Part shown: positions 13,910-26,274 of the stretch, in pieces
Layout: each line of letters opens with the position of its first letter
Numbering within the stretch: the first letter of the stretch is position 1
Translations under genes and position numbers: made by a program
The notes under the pieces: model-generated
The model's database searches: none
The model's input: only the letters and a program-made list of their open reading frames with translations
Told to the model about the DNA's origin: nothing
Assembly: GCF_001194135.2 (NCBI RefSeq)
Contig: NC_068989.1
Location: forward strand, 38,259,637-38,322,993
Origin: Octopus bimaculoides
Taxonomy: Eukaryota
Direction: 5' to 3'
DNA length: 63,357 nucleotides

Positions 13910-13952
13910 AACACGTTTCGGCTGGTATACCTTCCAGCCTTCATCAGGTGTC
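13910..13952 (-). ncRNA. Minimal hammerhead motif (core and stem II intact, cleavage triplet missing)
   Basis: Minus strand GACAC-CTGATGA-A-GGCTGG-AAGGTATA-CCAGCC-GAAAC-GTGTT. Confidence 0.75.
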
Positions 13953-14216
13953 TTGGGGAAATTTTGAACCTGGATTCTCATTCCTAAGGTATTTTTCCAT
14001 GTTATTATTGTTGTTGTTATTATTATTATTATTGTTATTATTATTATTATTCATGTCACTGCCTGGAATCGAACTCGTGGGCATATGGCGTAGTGGTTAA
14101 GAGCGCAGGCTACTAACGCCAAAATGAGTTTGATTCCAGGCAGCGACCTGAATAATAATAATGATAGCATCGAAAAATACCTTAGGAATGAGAACTCAGA
14201 TTCGAAATTTCCCCAA

Positions 14217-14262
14217 GACACTTGATGAAGGCTGGAGGGTATCTCAGCCAAAACATTGTGTT
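14217..14262 (+). ncRNA. Minimal hammerhead motif, mutated core
   Basis: GACAC-TTGATGA-A-GGCTG-GAGGGTATCT-CAGCC-AAAAC-ATT-GTGTT; C3 and G12 are substituted. Confidence 0.6.
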
Positions 14263-16521
14263 AACAACGAACTAGATGAGGACAAAAATCCGTCAAATGT
14301 AAACAATGTATGATAAACAATTATTCTAATTGTTACAATGCGTGCTTGAGAGTGTTATGCTTTCAACAAGCTTAATTATTTCTCTTTCATTTCAATAAGC
14401 CATGCTTACAGGTGTTAGCAATCATTGATTTCCATGCCAAATCTGAAGCTTCATGATCATTCTTGGAAGAGATTCAGTTGTGATTTCCTGTTGCATTTCT
14501 ACTAGTTTACTTACACTTTACTCTGCTAGTCTCTCACTCAGCTGAGCTCACCTTTGAGGTACAGGGCCTATTTATCACTCAGACTGGCTTTGGGCTTATC
14601 CACACACTGGTACTTGTGATACATGTCTACTGGCCAGCTCTCCTCTGAATCCTGTATGCCTTAGCCTCAGAAAATCTTCTGCTGTTTGGTACATAACTGG
14701 GGCCTCTTGACAAGTATTACCATCCAAGGCCAGAACAGACTTGAAATTAGTGGTGTGAAGAGTAACACTAAATTTTCTAAAACTTCTGAATTCCTGAGCT
14801 GGAGTCTCACCAGAGGATACAGTTTAATGTGTTGCCCATGTGAAGTAGTGAAGAAAATTGAAGATGTAATTGAAATTTTTAACATAATTGGACAATGTTT
14901 TGAAAATTTATAAATTTATACATGAAATAGAAATAAGAGTATTTATATAATATGGGATATCCATGAGTACCTCTGGTGCATTCTTGTTTCTACTTCGCAA
15001 CTAAAATCTGAGCTTTTATTCTTATAAAAGCAAGAGGTAATATTTTTCATAGACCCACCCTGTTAAGTTGGATAACACAAACATAATTAAAGTATTGTTA
15101 AATGATATTTAATAAAAGTTGATATAAAACAATGTCTAAAATCTTGAATTTTTTTAGGCAAACTTTAACAACTCATTACAAACATATCTTTTAAACTTAT
15201 AAATGTTAATTATCTCCAGATCACAAGGACGCATTAAGATGTTGCCTATGTTTTGGGTTCAGTTCGCTAGGCATTGTCTTCTACTTCAGTCACAGGCTGA
15301 CCAATGCCCTGTGAGTTTGAAACTGTTGAACGGCTATTGTAAATGTGTTCACAAATGCTTGTGTGAGCAAGTTTGTGCGTGTCCCTCACTGCTTGAAAAA
15401 CAGTGTAGAAATCTACATGTTCCCTTATCTTAGTAGTTTGGCAAAAAAGAGATCATTAAACTTAGTTAGTACTAAACTTTGAATAAGTAGTAGGGCTGAT
15501 TTGATTGGCTGAAGTACTTCAAGGTAGTGCTCTAATATGGTTGGAGTCCAGCAACACAGGGCTCTGCTAAAAACATCCAAGGCCAGGTAGTGGTGTTCAA
15601 CAAGACAAGTAGATTAAATCAAGTACCCAAAGCAAAGAACAGTTACTCTGATGGGCTTTCACACAGATTTTGTTAATCAAATTTCACTAAACATGTTTTA
15701 GTGGACCAGAGACTGAGAGAATGCACTTACCCAGGGTGCTGTGCAGTAATCTCTTAATTATCAAGCTCTGTTGTGTAATGGCACGACCCTGATGTTGTTG
15801 TAATTTAGTCCCAGGGCTCTGAATATGCAGACCCAGGATCTTTTTGTCATTATGCACAAAATACACACTGTATCTCTGACTATCATTATATTATGTTAGT
15901 TCCTTTCTTAAGATGGTAGACTGTAATTTGAGGCAGGTTTGGCTGTTATTTCTAGTATCTCAAGGGATTCCACAATAATATCTTCATTGTTGTTTAGCAG
16001 CTATTTATCATTAAATGTATTTCAGCTGTGTTAATCCCAGATACATTAAAGTTATTTCAGTCATGGCCATTCCATCATTTTCACAGCTGCTGCAGTGTAT
16101 CTAGGACTATATTGTCTGATGTTTGGTCTTCTCCTTTTCAAAGATTGTAGATTTGATTGTGATAAGAGGTAGATTTGACTGTTATGTTCATCAGGTTGAA
16201 TAAACCCATAGAAGCTTCTTCACAGGATTATAAGCATAAAACTGTTGTTTAGCTCAAGTTAGCTTTGATTGAGCAAAACTATGATGAAAGACATCCCAAT
16301 CATGATTAACCTTTCTTTTTAAAAGTATGTCTTAGGTGAGCAAACAATATGGCAGCTTAAATATTAGGGTAAACATAAAGTATTTTATATATTAAAGTAT
16401 AAAATTACATGGAAAATACTCAGAAAATATGAAGTCACTTAAAAATAGTAATTATGTCGTTAAAATGACATAATTACTATTTTTAAAGGAATTAAGTAGA
16501 TTATCTTTTATCTTTCATCAT

Positions 16522-16900
16522 TTACTGGCTTCAGTCATTAGACTGCAGCCATGCTGGGGCAGTGCCTTGAAGAACTTTTAGCTGAATGAATCGGCCCCAG
16601 TACTTTTTTTTTAATCCTTGTACTTATTCCATTGGTCTCTTTTGCTCAACTGCTAATTTTCTGGGATGTAAACACACCAACACCAGCTGTCCAGTACTGC
16701 AGATAGGGACAAATACACACACACACACACACATGCATATACACACACATATATATGATGGGCTTCTTTCAATTTCCATCTAACAAATCCACTCACAATG
16801 CTTTGGAAGACACCTGCCCAAGGTTCCACACACTGGATCTGAACCCAGAACCATGTGGTTGGGAAGCAAGTTTCTTACCATGCAGCCATGCCTGCACCTA
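16522..16900 (-). mobile_element. Family A SINE, full length with internal (CA)n
   Basis: Tail ggcttcagtcattagactgcagccatgctggggc..., internal acacacac, head ...cttaccatgcagccatgcctgcacc. Confidence 0.85.
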
Positions 16901-18156
16901 CAATGAATACACATAACTGTAAATATTTTGTTGTTACCGTTAATAGTTGTGATGTTTGTCAAATGTTGTACCAGCTCAGTCTCTTAAAAAGAAGCAAAAT
17001 CTCTTGAATAACATACACTTTTAACTTCATTTTTCTCATCAATGGAATGTTTGCTAGATTCTAATACTATCATTGTATGAATATTACAGCCTTTCCCTGG
17101 AATAAATCCATATTTTTAAGTGAGTATGTGGCAGGTTCAGCATATTGATTCACTTCAGCATATAAACGCCAATATATTACCCTAATATATTACTTCAGTA
17201 TATTGCTGCTTCTAATACAATTGACTCCAGAAGGATAAAAGATAAATTTGAACTCTCTGAAAAGTATGATTCCCCTCATATATNNNNNNNNNNNNNNNNN
17301 NNNNNNNNNNNNNNNNNNNNNNNNNNNNNNNNNNNNNNNNNTATATATATATATATATGCACACCCTAAAACAGATTACACAGGCACACTTTTAGATTTT
17401 ATTACACTAACACAGATATAAGATTTATATTTGAAATTGTAATCATTGATACATGTAAGACATCTGGGGATTTTATTTCTCCTATCCAATTATCCAAATG
17501 AAAGGTATAAGTGGTGTCTATTCTCTGTTAGATTAATGCAAATATAGTAATGCTCCTTTTTTTACATACACACAAGCATACACACACACACACACACACA
17601 CACATGTGCATGTGTGTGCATGCATACATATGCACATATATACACACACATATACATACACACATACATATACTTACACATATATGTACATACACACACA
17701 TATATATATAGATACACACACATATATATACACACACAAATATATACCTAAATACATGCACATATATGCGTGTGTATGTAATATTGTGTCAGCAGCCTTG
17801 AATTTTATTGTAATTAAATCGTGTTGAAGTTGATAATGGAGGTGATGACTTATGGAAAATTATGCCAACTGTAGGAAATATCTGTAATTACCGAATTTCA
17901 TGGTAGCACAGTAAGAGAAAATGTTTTTAAACAGTTAGAAGGAAGCATCTGAAATGGTGGAAAACAATTCTGTTGATTAAGGGCAGTCTGCTGCAAAGTT
18001 CATAGCAAGTTTGAAGCTGGGGAAGAATTCCTATTAGATAGTGAATGACATGCTGATTGCATGCCAAAATGAGAAGTACTGCAAGAAAAGTAATGTGTTG
18101 AAAAGAGATGGAATAAAACAAGTAGCGAGATATATTTAGCAGCTCAAACATGGTGT

Positions 18157-18234
18157 GTGAATGTGTGTGAGACAGGGTATGGGTGAATGTGTGTGAGACA
18201 GGGTATGGGTGAATGTGTGTGAGACAGGGCATGA
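18157..18234. repeat. 26-bp tandem repeat x3
   Basis: gtgaatgtgtgtgagacagggtatgg starting at 18157, 18183 and 18209. Confidence 0.9.
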
Positions 18235-19099
18235 GAAAGAAAGGGGAAAAAGCAGTGTGTTTAGCATTGATACCGGGTGCAGAAGCTTCCTAAATGTGAT
18301 AATCAGTGAACATGTGAAGCATGAAATGTTCAGAAGTTGAAAAGACTCTTTACAATAAGAACAAATCAGGATGCCACAAGGGAAAAAGTGTCTATATATC
18401 TGTGTACTGTTTTTGATGTTTAGGTCTGAGTCATCTCTACATTTTATCTTCCTCATTTATCAGTTCACCTGTTATTGCATTGCTGACAGATTTATATCTT
18501 CATTTCCATTAAAACATCAATAATAAAGTTCATCCTCTCACCTCAATTCAATAGAAGTGCAACAATTGCTTCTCAATTACAAAGTGTATCTCTGCTGAAT
18601 GTGGACTGATAATATAAGAAACACTATTTTCTGAATCACTGCTTTTTGTTTCTTTCTCTCTGTTTCTGCCATAATATTTCAGTGATATCTTCAATAGATG
18701 ATTCACATCAGTCAATATCAATTGTTGATATGGAATATCATAAATGTATGTGGAATTGTTATTACAAGGAAATTATAAATTAATAAATACAAATGTATAA
18801 TAAATATGTCTATAAATAACAAATGTAAAATACGAGACGTCTTTCTAATGAACTATATTTATGACCATGTATTGCTTTCTAGTTGTTGATATAGTTTCAA
18901 CAAGTGCAGCCCTGGCTGTGTGGTTAAGGACTTTGCTTCTCAAACAATCTACTTTCAGAGTCAACCCCACTGTACAATGCCTTTGTCATATGTCTTCTAC
19001 CATATGCTGAATCTGTCTCATTTCACCTTTCTAATGTCATCTGCCTCAATGATTCAATGTTACAATTCATCTTGGCTCTTACACTCCACCTAAAGCAAC

Positions 19100-20720
19100 G
19101 CTGCTAGTACAGAAGTTGAAATTTGTCAATTGTTGTCTTTGTAACAGTTAGTTTTTATTATCCATATATATCCCCGATCAACATACTGAAACTTCAAAAC
19201 ACTTTTGATTTCTTTCTCTGTTTAATTATGACTCCTTACAATACATTCATATGATGTAACACTCCCATTCTCTGGACACTATGGATACTTCAGGTTACCC
19301 AAGGCAACAGGTGCATTGTCTCTAGCCTATTGAAGACATCTAAGCAGTAACTGAAATCATTTTCTCAGGCATGTCTCTCCACACCTCTCACAAAACTTTA
19401 CTTCTATTGTATGTGGCAGTACAAGTGATTAGCATTAACTGAGGCACCCCATCCCCACAAAAAAATGGGAGTCAGACCACTGAATCCATCAGTATTCATT
19501 CCATTATCTTCAGACAAAGCACCAAGAGCTAGAGCCTATTCTTGTAAAGCACTACATCTATCTACAGGAATCTATCCTGATCTTCTTACACATGTTACAA
19601 TCTATCCCATCTCAAGAAGTGCACCCTTACTGATCCTGAAAACAATCAAATAACTGCTCTTACTTCTGGTACCACAAAAGTGTTGAAATCAGTTGTTAGC
19701 AACTTTCTCCTACACTTTTCTTTTTGGTTACCATCTGCTAGCTGCAGTAGACCCAAATCTACTGGTGAGCTGCTCTCCATTGTCACTTACCAATGATTCC
19801 TTGTTCTTGAGAAATATGGCAGAAACAATGTCAATGCACTTGATATCAATAAAATATTTGATTGTCTACCATGAACATCTAACTCTCAACCATGAACATC
19901 TAACTCTCAACTGTTCATCTCATGCATTGCAGCATTCACTAACGGCATTCTATTCAACTAATATTCCATTAACTGTAGTGTGACCAAGGCTGGTTATCTG
20001 GATCATTCTTTTTGTCCTGTATACTAATAACCTACTCACTCTCATCCCTATTAACGTTTACTCCTTAGCATATCCTATTACTCTCCATTAATCTTCACAA
20101 TGCAGCATCCACATGCTATTTAGACACATCACACCAAAACTTTCACTGCTTGCATGTTGCAGAGACCTCAAAACCATTCTCTAATGAGAAATTGACAACC
20201 TTTCCAACTTTAACAGCACCAAAACTCATTTGCTGCAGCACCTAACAAGAAATCTTGTACCTTACTCTCACTTGTCTTGTACAATACCCAGTTAAAAACC
20301 TTTCAAGTTGCTATAGATTTTACGCTTCACAATCACTGATTAATATCTTCTGGCAACCACCCTGCCTTAGCTGAACAATAATTGACTTTCATCTTTAGGA
20401 TCAAAATACTTCCGGACTGTTTAAGTGCTAAGTGTCTTCAAAGCTCAGACAAGATTTTTGTGGAATACTTCTCTTACATCTGTTTCCACAGATGATATCA
20501 TCGACCATAGCTAAAGGAATATCTGCCATTCAGCAGACTGGCAAGTATTAACTCATTAGTACTCTGCAACTTCTACCCACAGACAAGCTATCTCCTCACT
20601 TTTTATATCATTACTGCAATGGTTTCTATCTATATAAATTAGGTAGTTGTGTACTGTCTCCACCCATGTCCACCTGATTCATATATCTCTCTATATTTCT
20701 CACCAATTCTATGTTTTCTT
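19100..20720 (+). pseudogene. Old CR1/L2/Jockey-group LINE reverse transcriptase remnant
   Basis: About 19982-20090 gives PRLVIWIILFVLYTNNLLTLIPINVYSLAYPITLH (PQGSVLSP.LF.LY.NDL...YADD.TLH). About 20161-20300 gives RDLKTIL**EIDNLSNFNSTKTHLL (DL..I..W...N...FN.SKT). Boundaries approximate. Confidence 0.65.
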
Positions 20721-20985
20721 ACTCATGTCTTGTTACACAAATCACTAAGTTCAAACTTCTCCCTCAAAACCTTAACACTCAGGAATTCCCTCCTCTAATT
20801 TTTATGCAGATGTTAACATGTCATTTAAATTGGATATTGACAGCAATGTTGGACAGCCAGGAAAGCTCATGAGAGCAGTATATTTACACTGAATGAAAAC
20901 CATGATGACATTTTTTTAAAAATAAATATCAATCATTTAAAATTGTAAATATAACTGAACGTCTTCTAGTTTCTGTTAGGAAGTG

Positions 20986-21040
<55 letters not shown>

Positions 21041-21425
21041 CATACATACAGGGTATTAGATGAAGAATTCCATGTCAGGTTTATATATCTGCAGCTGTAA
21101 TGATTGTAGTTAAGTAAACCATCAAACCCACTGACAAAAGCATGAAACATGAATGAAAGGCACTTATTTAATGTTCTGGAGAGTTGACATTGTTTGGACT
21201 GCTGGGTCTCTAGAGGCTCATTCATTAATTATTCAGGAGCATGTATATAATGATGATAGGGAAAGGAGTGAAATATATGTTAAGTACAAGATGTGTGTTG
21301 GTATGTATGTATATGGACAAATATACTTTATTGAGGTAATTAGAGGGTAAATGGTAATTGAAGTTTAGGATATTATTTACATTATTTACATTTGATGTAT
21401 ATTTGTCCTCATCTTGTTTGTTGTT

Positions 21426-21468
21426 AACACGTTTCGGCTGATATACTCTCCAGCCTTCATCAGGTGTC
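21426..21468 (-). ncRNA. Minimal hammerhead motif (core and stem II intact, triplet missing)
   Basis: Minus strand GACAC-CTGATGA-A-GGCTG-GAGAGTATAT-CAGCC-GAAAC-GTGTT. Confidence 0.75.
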
Positions 21469-21602
21469 TTGGGGAAATTTCGAACCTGGGTTCACGTTCC
21501 TAAGGTATCTTTTGATGATGTTGTTGTTGTTATTCCACTGCCTGGAATTGAACTCGGAATCCTGGAGTTAGTAGCCTGCGCTCTTAACCACTACACCATA
21601 TG

Positions 21603-21654
<52 letters not shown>

Positions 21655-21715
21655 TAATAATAATGACATCGAAAAATACCTTAGGAATGAGAACCCAGGT
21701 TCGAAATTTCCCCGA

Positions 21716-21761
21716 GACACCTGATGAAAGATGGAGGATATATTAACCGAAACATTGTGTT
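21716..21761 (+). ncRNA. Minimal hammerhead motif (core intact, stem II decayed)
   Basis: GACAC-CTGATGA-A-AGATGG-AGGATATA-TTAACC-GAAAC-ATT-GTGTT. Confidence 0.65.
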
Positions 21762-23735
21762 AACAACAAACAAGATAAGGACAAATATCTGTCAAATGTA
21801 AATAATGTACATAATTTCTCATCTCTTAAATATAGAACTGAAATTTAGGATGTTGGAAAGGGTTTGTGAAAATAGATGCTGCAAAGATAAGTGCATGCTT
21901 ATGGAAAACAAGGTGTATATGTGTGTGTTTGTGAGTGGATCCATGGGTTGTTAGGGATAGTGATTAAATGTCTCAGATGAGTTTTTCTGAATACAATTTT
22001 AAATTTTACTTTATTTATTTTTTGGATTAGCTATGTCTTTTGAGATACTAAACATCTTGATAATGTTTCAGATTATGTACTTCATACCTCATGAGAAATG
22101 AAATGGTTGGCACTTTTTGCCTTCACTTTTAAGTAACCCTGTGTGTTGTTCAAAGAAATTATAATTTTGAAAAAATATTTTCTAAGAACTTTATTTTCTT
22201 TATATTTTAGATCACTTACTTCCAAATTATTTCCCTTCCCCATAATTTATGAGATACCAAACACAACTTCAGCACATTTTTATGTACACACTGTTACAGT
22301 TGGTTTGATTCCTGTCATCTGGTGTCTTATTTCTGGAATCTGTATCTCTAGGTTTGAACTGGGAACATTTATTTCTAAGTTACTCTGGATTAGTTTGTTA
22401 GACTGGGGAAAGGATACAAACAGTTCATAAAGAGCATGAATTTGTTTGCCATGAGAAAAGAGAAGGGCTTAATATTTTAGACTTAAACTCTAGATGCAGG
22501 CATAACTGTGAGGTGAAGAAGTTCAATTCAGAACCGTGAGATTTTAGGTTCACTGCATAGTATGCCTTCCTCTACAACCCCAAACTAACTGATTTCTAAT
22601 GAGTAAACTTGGTGGACAGAAAAAGCTGTGTAAAAGTCCATCATATATATATGTATGTATTGTATGTGTGTGTGTGACTGGTGTTAGTTTGTTTTCATCC
22701 CTGTACTTTAGTGGAACAGCAAAATGAGACTGATAGAATAAGTACAGGATTTAATAATTAACTGGGTTGGTGTGATTGACTAAATGCTTCAAGGTAGTGT
22801 CTCAGTATGGCCACATCTAATGGCTGAAGCAATTAAGATATTTGCTTCATATCCTATAGTTTACTCTACCAATCACTGAGCACTTAAGTACTTACTGAAA
22901 TACTGTAGTTGGTCCACTCACCATGTCTATAATCATGTAAAGGCACCAACTATTAAATGACATTCTGGTTGTTATCTCACAGCTGCATTGCTTTATGGAC
23001 ATTTTAATTGATTGAGTCCCTTACTATAATCTGCAATTCTACTTTCCTTAGTGGTGTCCACAGACTGTTATTGGCATTAGATGCTAAGAAACACTTGGTG
23101 AAAGAGCTGTGTTAGTTTTCCAGTCTAGATTGTATTTCAACTTAGTCACTGAGCAAGAAATAAACTAATTTACAATCAAGTGTAGACTATTCAAGTTAAG
23201 GTTTGCATGACTAAACATTTTTTATTTTAATTTTCTTTTTTAAGAAATGTGATATGTAACTTACCAGTCAGACAAACTAAGTCAGCAAAAATATCAATCA
23301 ATATAGTTACAAGCTGGACATTTCTTTCCCATATGTAAAATAAATGAATAAAATGGTGAACATTTAAATTCCTTACAGTGACATGATTAATATTATATAA
23401 GTCATGTCAGGAAAGTAAAAATCTTTTTTGCTTTCACCTTCTCTTTATTTAGTTTTTGTATAATTTTTTTATGGTTCTTATATTTGTTGTTCCATGATAA
23501 GAAATTCAGGTGTTTCCATGAATTATTGGCAAAAGTATTTTATGTCTGTGAACGTGCTTTTTCATGCCATTGTTTTATGCAACCACTGCTGCTGCTGCTA
23601 TTACGATATTCCTTCTTTTCAATGTCGTTCACAGTGAGAACTTCTGTCAATGCTAAAGGCAAAAATCCAACATCACTTTCATGCTTTGAACTTGTGATCT
23701 TTTGAAGTCAATAATTGAATAACCAATCAGCTATT

Positions 23736-23777
<42 letters not shown>

Positions 23778-23787
23778 NNNNNNNNNN

Positions 23788-23824
<37 letters not shown>

Positions 23825-24310
23825 AATATAATATATGATATAATATAATATATAGTGTGTGATGTGTGAGTTTCAGCTAAATATTTTGCATTATCAGCAT
23901 CTAGAGGTCTAGAGGTGATATAATAATGATAATAATAATAATATTCTGTGACCAGCCAGGCAATCTGTTTTAGATTAAATAGTTAGTACAATTAATCTTA
24001 CTATATTATTGATTCATATATTATTAACCTTTGATGAGTGAAAAATTACATTGACTCCTATCAGAAATAATGATAGCTTTGAAGAATATAAGAATTATTG
24101 CTTTCCTATTCATGCCATGTAATTTTTAACCAGTTGTGTCTCAGTTTCTCACCTTATTACAGAGAAATTGAATTTGGGAAGCATAACTGTTTTGGATTTT
24201 AAATCTGTTGAATTTCTACAAGTAGGGTGTGAAGGTATAAAGGTACTACATATAGAGGTACCATTAAGTGTCTAAGTATATTTACTATCATTTGTTTCAT
24301 ATCCATAATA

Positions 24311-24790
24311 GGTACAGGTGTGACTGTAGTTAAACTTCCTTATTACCCATGTGGTTTTGGGTTTAGTCCCACTGTATGATGCTTTGGTATTCTACTATAA
24401 CCCCAGGCCAACCAAAATCATGTGAATGGATTTGGTAGACAGAAACTGAAAGAAGCTCATTGTATGTGTGTGTGTGCGTGTATGTGTGCGTGCGTGTGTG
24501 TGTGCATGTGTGTGTGTGCGTGTGTGTGTGTGCGTGCGTGTGTGTGTGTGCGCGTGTGTGTGCATGTGTGTGTGTGTGTGCGTGTGTGTGTGTGTGTGTG
24601 TGATTTTCTTGAGTCATGTGATAGTTTGTAAATGTGTGTTGCCATCATACAAGCAATGTTGTCCATTTCTAGTCTTCTGGAGAAAGCATGTCTGCCCATG
24701 GTAAAGATTGTGAAGTTAGAAAACAGACAAGGTTTTGCGACAGGAATAGCTGTGGAAAATTTGCCTCAATAAATTTCATCTTACTCATGC
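24311..24790 (+). mobile_element. Family A-type SINE with expanded internal (GT/GC)n
   Basis: Diverged head and body (ggtttagtcccactg...gatttggtagacagaaactgaaagaagc) followed by an imperfect (TG)n tract at about 24465-24602. Confidence 0.7.
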
Positions 24791-26274
24791 AAGCACACTA
24801 AAGTAAATATTGAATGACAATGATGATCTAGCACACTAAGTGATTATAATTTCTTAGATAGCAACAATGCCAATGATGAAAAACATAGTTCATTGAATCA
24901 ACTACCTGACATATGTCTGATATTTAACCATTCCAAAAAGTATCATCAAAATAGTGGATCCTCTAGAAATAACAGCCAAGTTTTTCCCAAAATACACCCA
25001 TCTGTTTCAAAGAAAGTAGAAACATTGGATAAAAATTTATGGTCATACCTTTTAAATGCTCTTGAGCATTTATTTCCTGAATCAGGGCTAACCTGGTGTT
25101 AATCAGTTGCAACCACAGGTATTTATTTGATTTTAGAAAGATGAAATCTAAAGGTGAACAGAGATGTTATTTATAAACACAAAATATCAATGAATATAAG
25201 AATTAGCTTATCATGGTACTATATTGGTCACATCAGCATCACTGTTGGTGTTGTTTTATGTGCATTTTCCATGCTGATAAGGTTTGCTGCTCTCCTAGAC
25301 AGCCTGGAGATCTACATCTCACCTGTAAGCTTCATTTCTAGCTTGTTTTCCACAGCTGAATATCCTTTCTAATCCTAACCACTTTACAAAGTTTATTGGG
25401 TGCACTTTTTTGCTACCAGTATGAGAGAGTTTGCCAAATCTTTGACAAATCTAAAGGAATCTTTTGACACCACATTTAACAGTGCACAAGATGCATTTCA
25501 CATTGCAGCAACAGAAGTAGTGTTGGTGCATTTCAGGAAGCATGGAATTTTTGAGAGAATTTTAGAGAGGAAAGAGGTGAGAGCTTGATAGATAGCATGA
25601 ATCGGATAAATGGGGAGAGAGAATGAAGGATGTGGAATAATAATAATAATGATCTCTGTCCACATAATAATTCTGAGAAACTACATAACTTAGCAGAAGC
25701 AATCATAGAAGTTAACTGGGTTTATAATCAGATTAGAATCATTAAGAAAAATTCTTCATTTGTAATTTGTTCCACTGAAATCCAACATAATTGCTTCTGT
25801 AAAGTCCTCATTAGTTTACTTAGCAGAGTCTTAGCTTCTTTCCAGAGAATAACAACATTAGAATTTGCAAATTTTTGAACAATCTCTGAAAGCAATTTTG
25901 ATTGAAGATGTATTCTATTCTTTTGTGATATAAGACAAGAAACTCTTGATTTATGCTTGATCTGTGAAATCATGAATAACTATATATAACTACATGTAAT
26001 AGTCTGAGACAGTATACTGTGTAAGGTATTTAGAAGGATATCCATTATAAAGTTCTCGTTACAGTTACATACATGCAATATACAATTAATTATCATACTT
26101 AATCACACATAATCTGCAATTAATGTAACAGCTGTGATTGGATAAATTTGTTTAATCCATAACATAATTTAGAAACAAAAAGCCATCATTTTATGAATTA
26201 ATGGTGGCTTTGATATATTCTCACTAATCTTAACACACCTACATGTTACCTCCCTAGGTATTAGATAATATGTG

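Larger units (their letters stand above)
13822..14310. mobile_element. Palindromic tRNA-head/(TAA)n/hammerhead element, copy 1
   Basis: The left arm is the reverse complement of the right arm. Head at 14079-14149 (TGGCGTAGTGG A box); hammerhead motifs at 13910-13952 (-) and 14217-14262 (+); TSD atgataaacaatt at 13809-13821 and 14310-14322. Confidence 0.9.
21372..21840. mobile_element. Palindromic tRNA-head/(TAA)n/hammerhead element, copy 2
   Basis: Inverted arms; head at 21535-21605 (-); hammerhead motifs at 21426-21468 (-) and 21716-21761 (+); imperfect TSD aagtttaggat (21361-21371) / aaatttaggat (21841-21851). Confidence 0.9.

Noticed and set aside
14079-14149. tRNA gene (CTACTAA loop reminiscent of tRNA-Ser GCU)
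   Set aside because: No acceptor stem pairing; it is a SINE head, not a functional tRNA.
25400-25973. Protein-like ORFs of 62-82 aa
   Set aside because: They overlap an old reverse-oriented repeat; no coherent splice pattern or homology.
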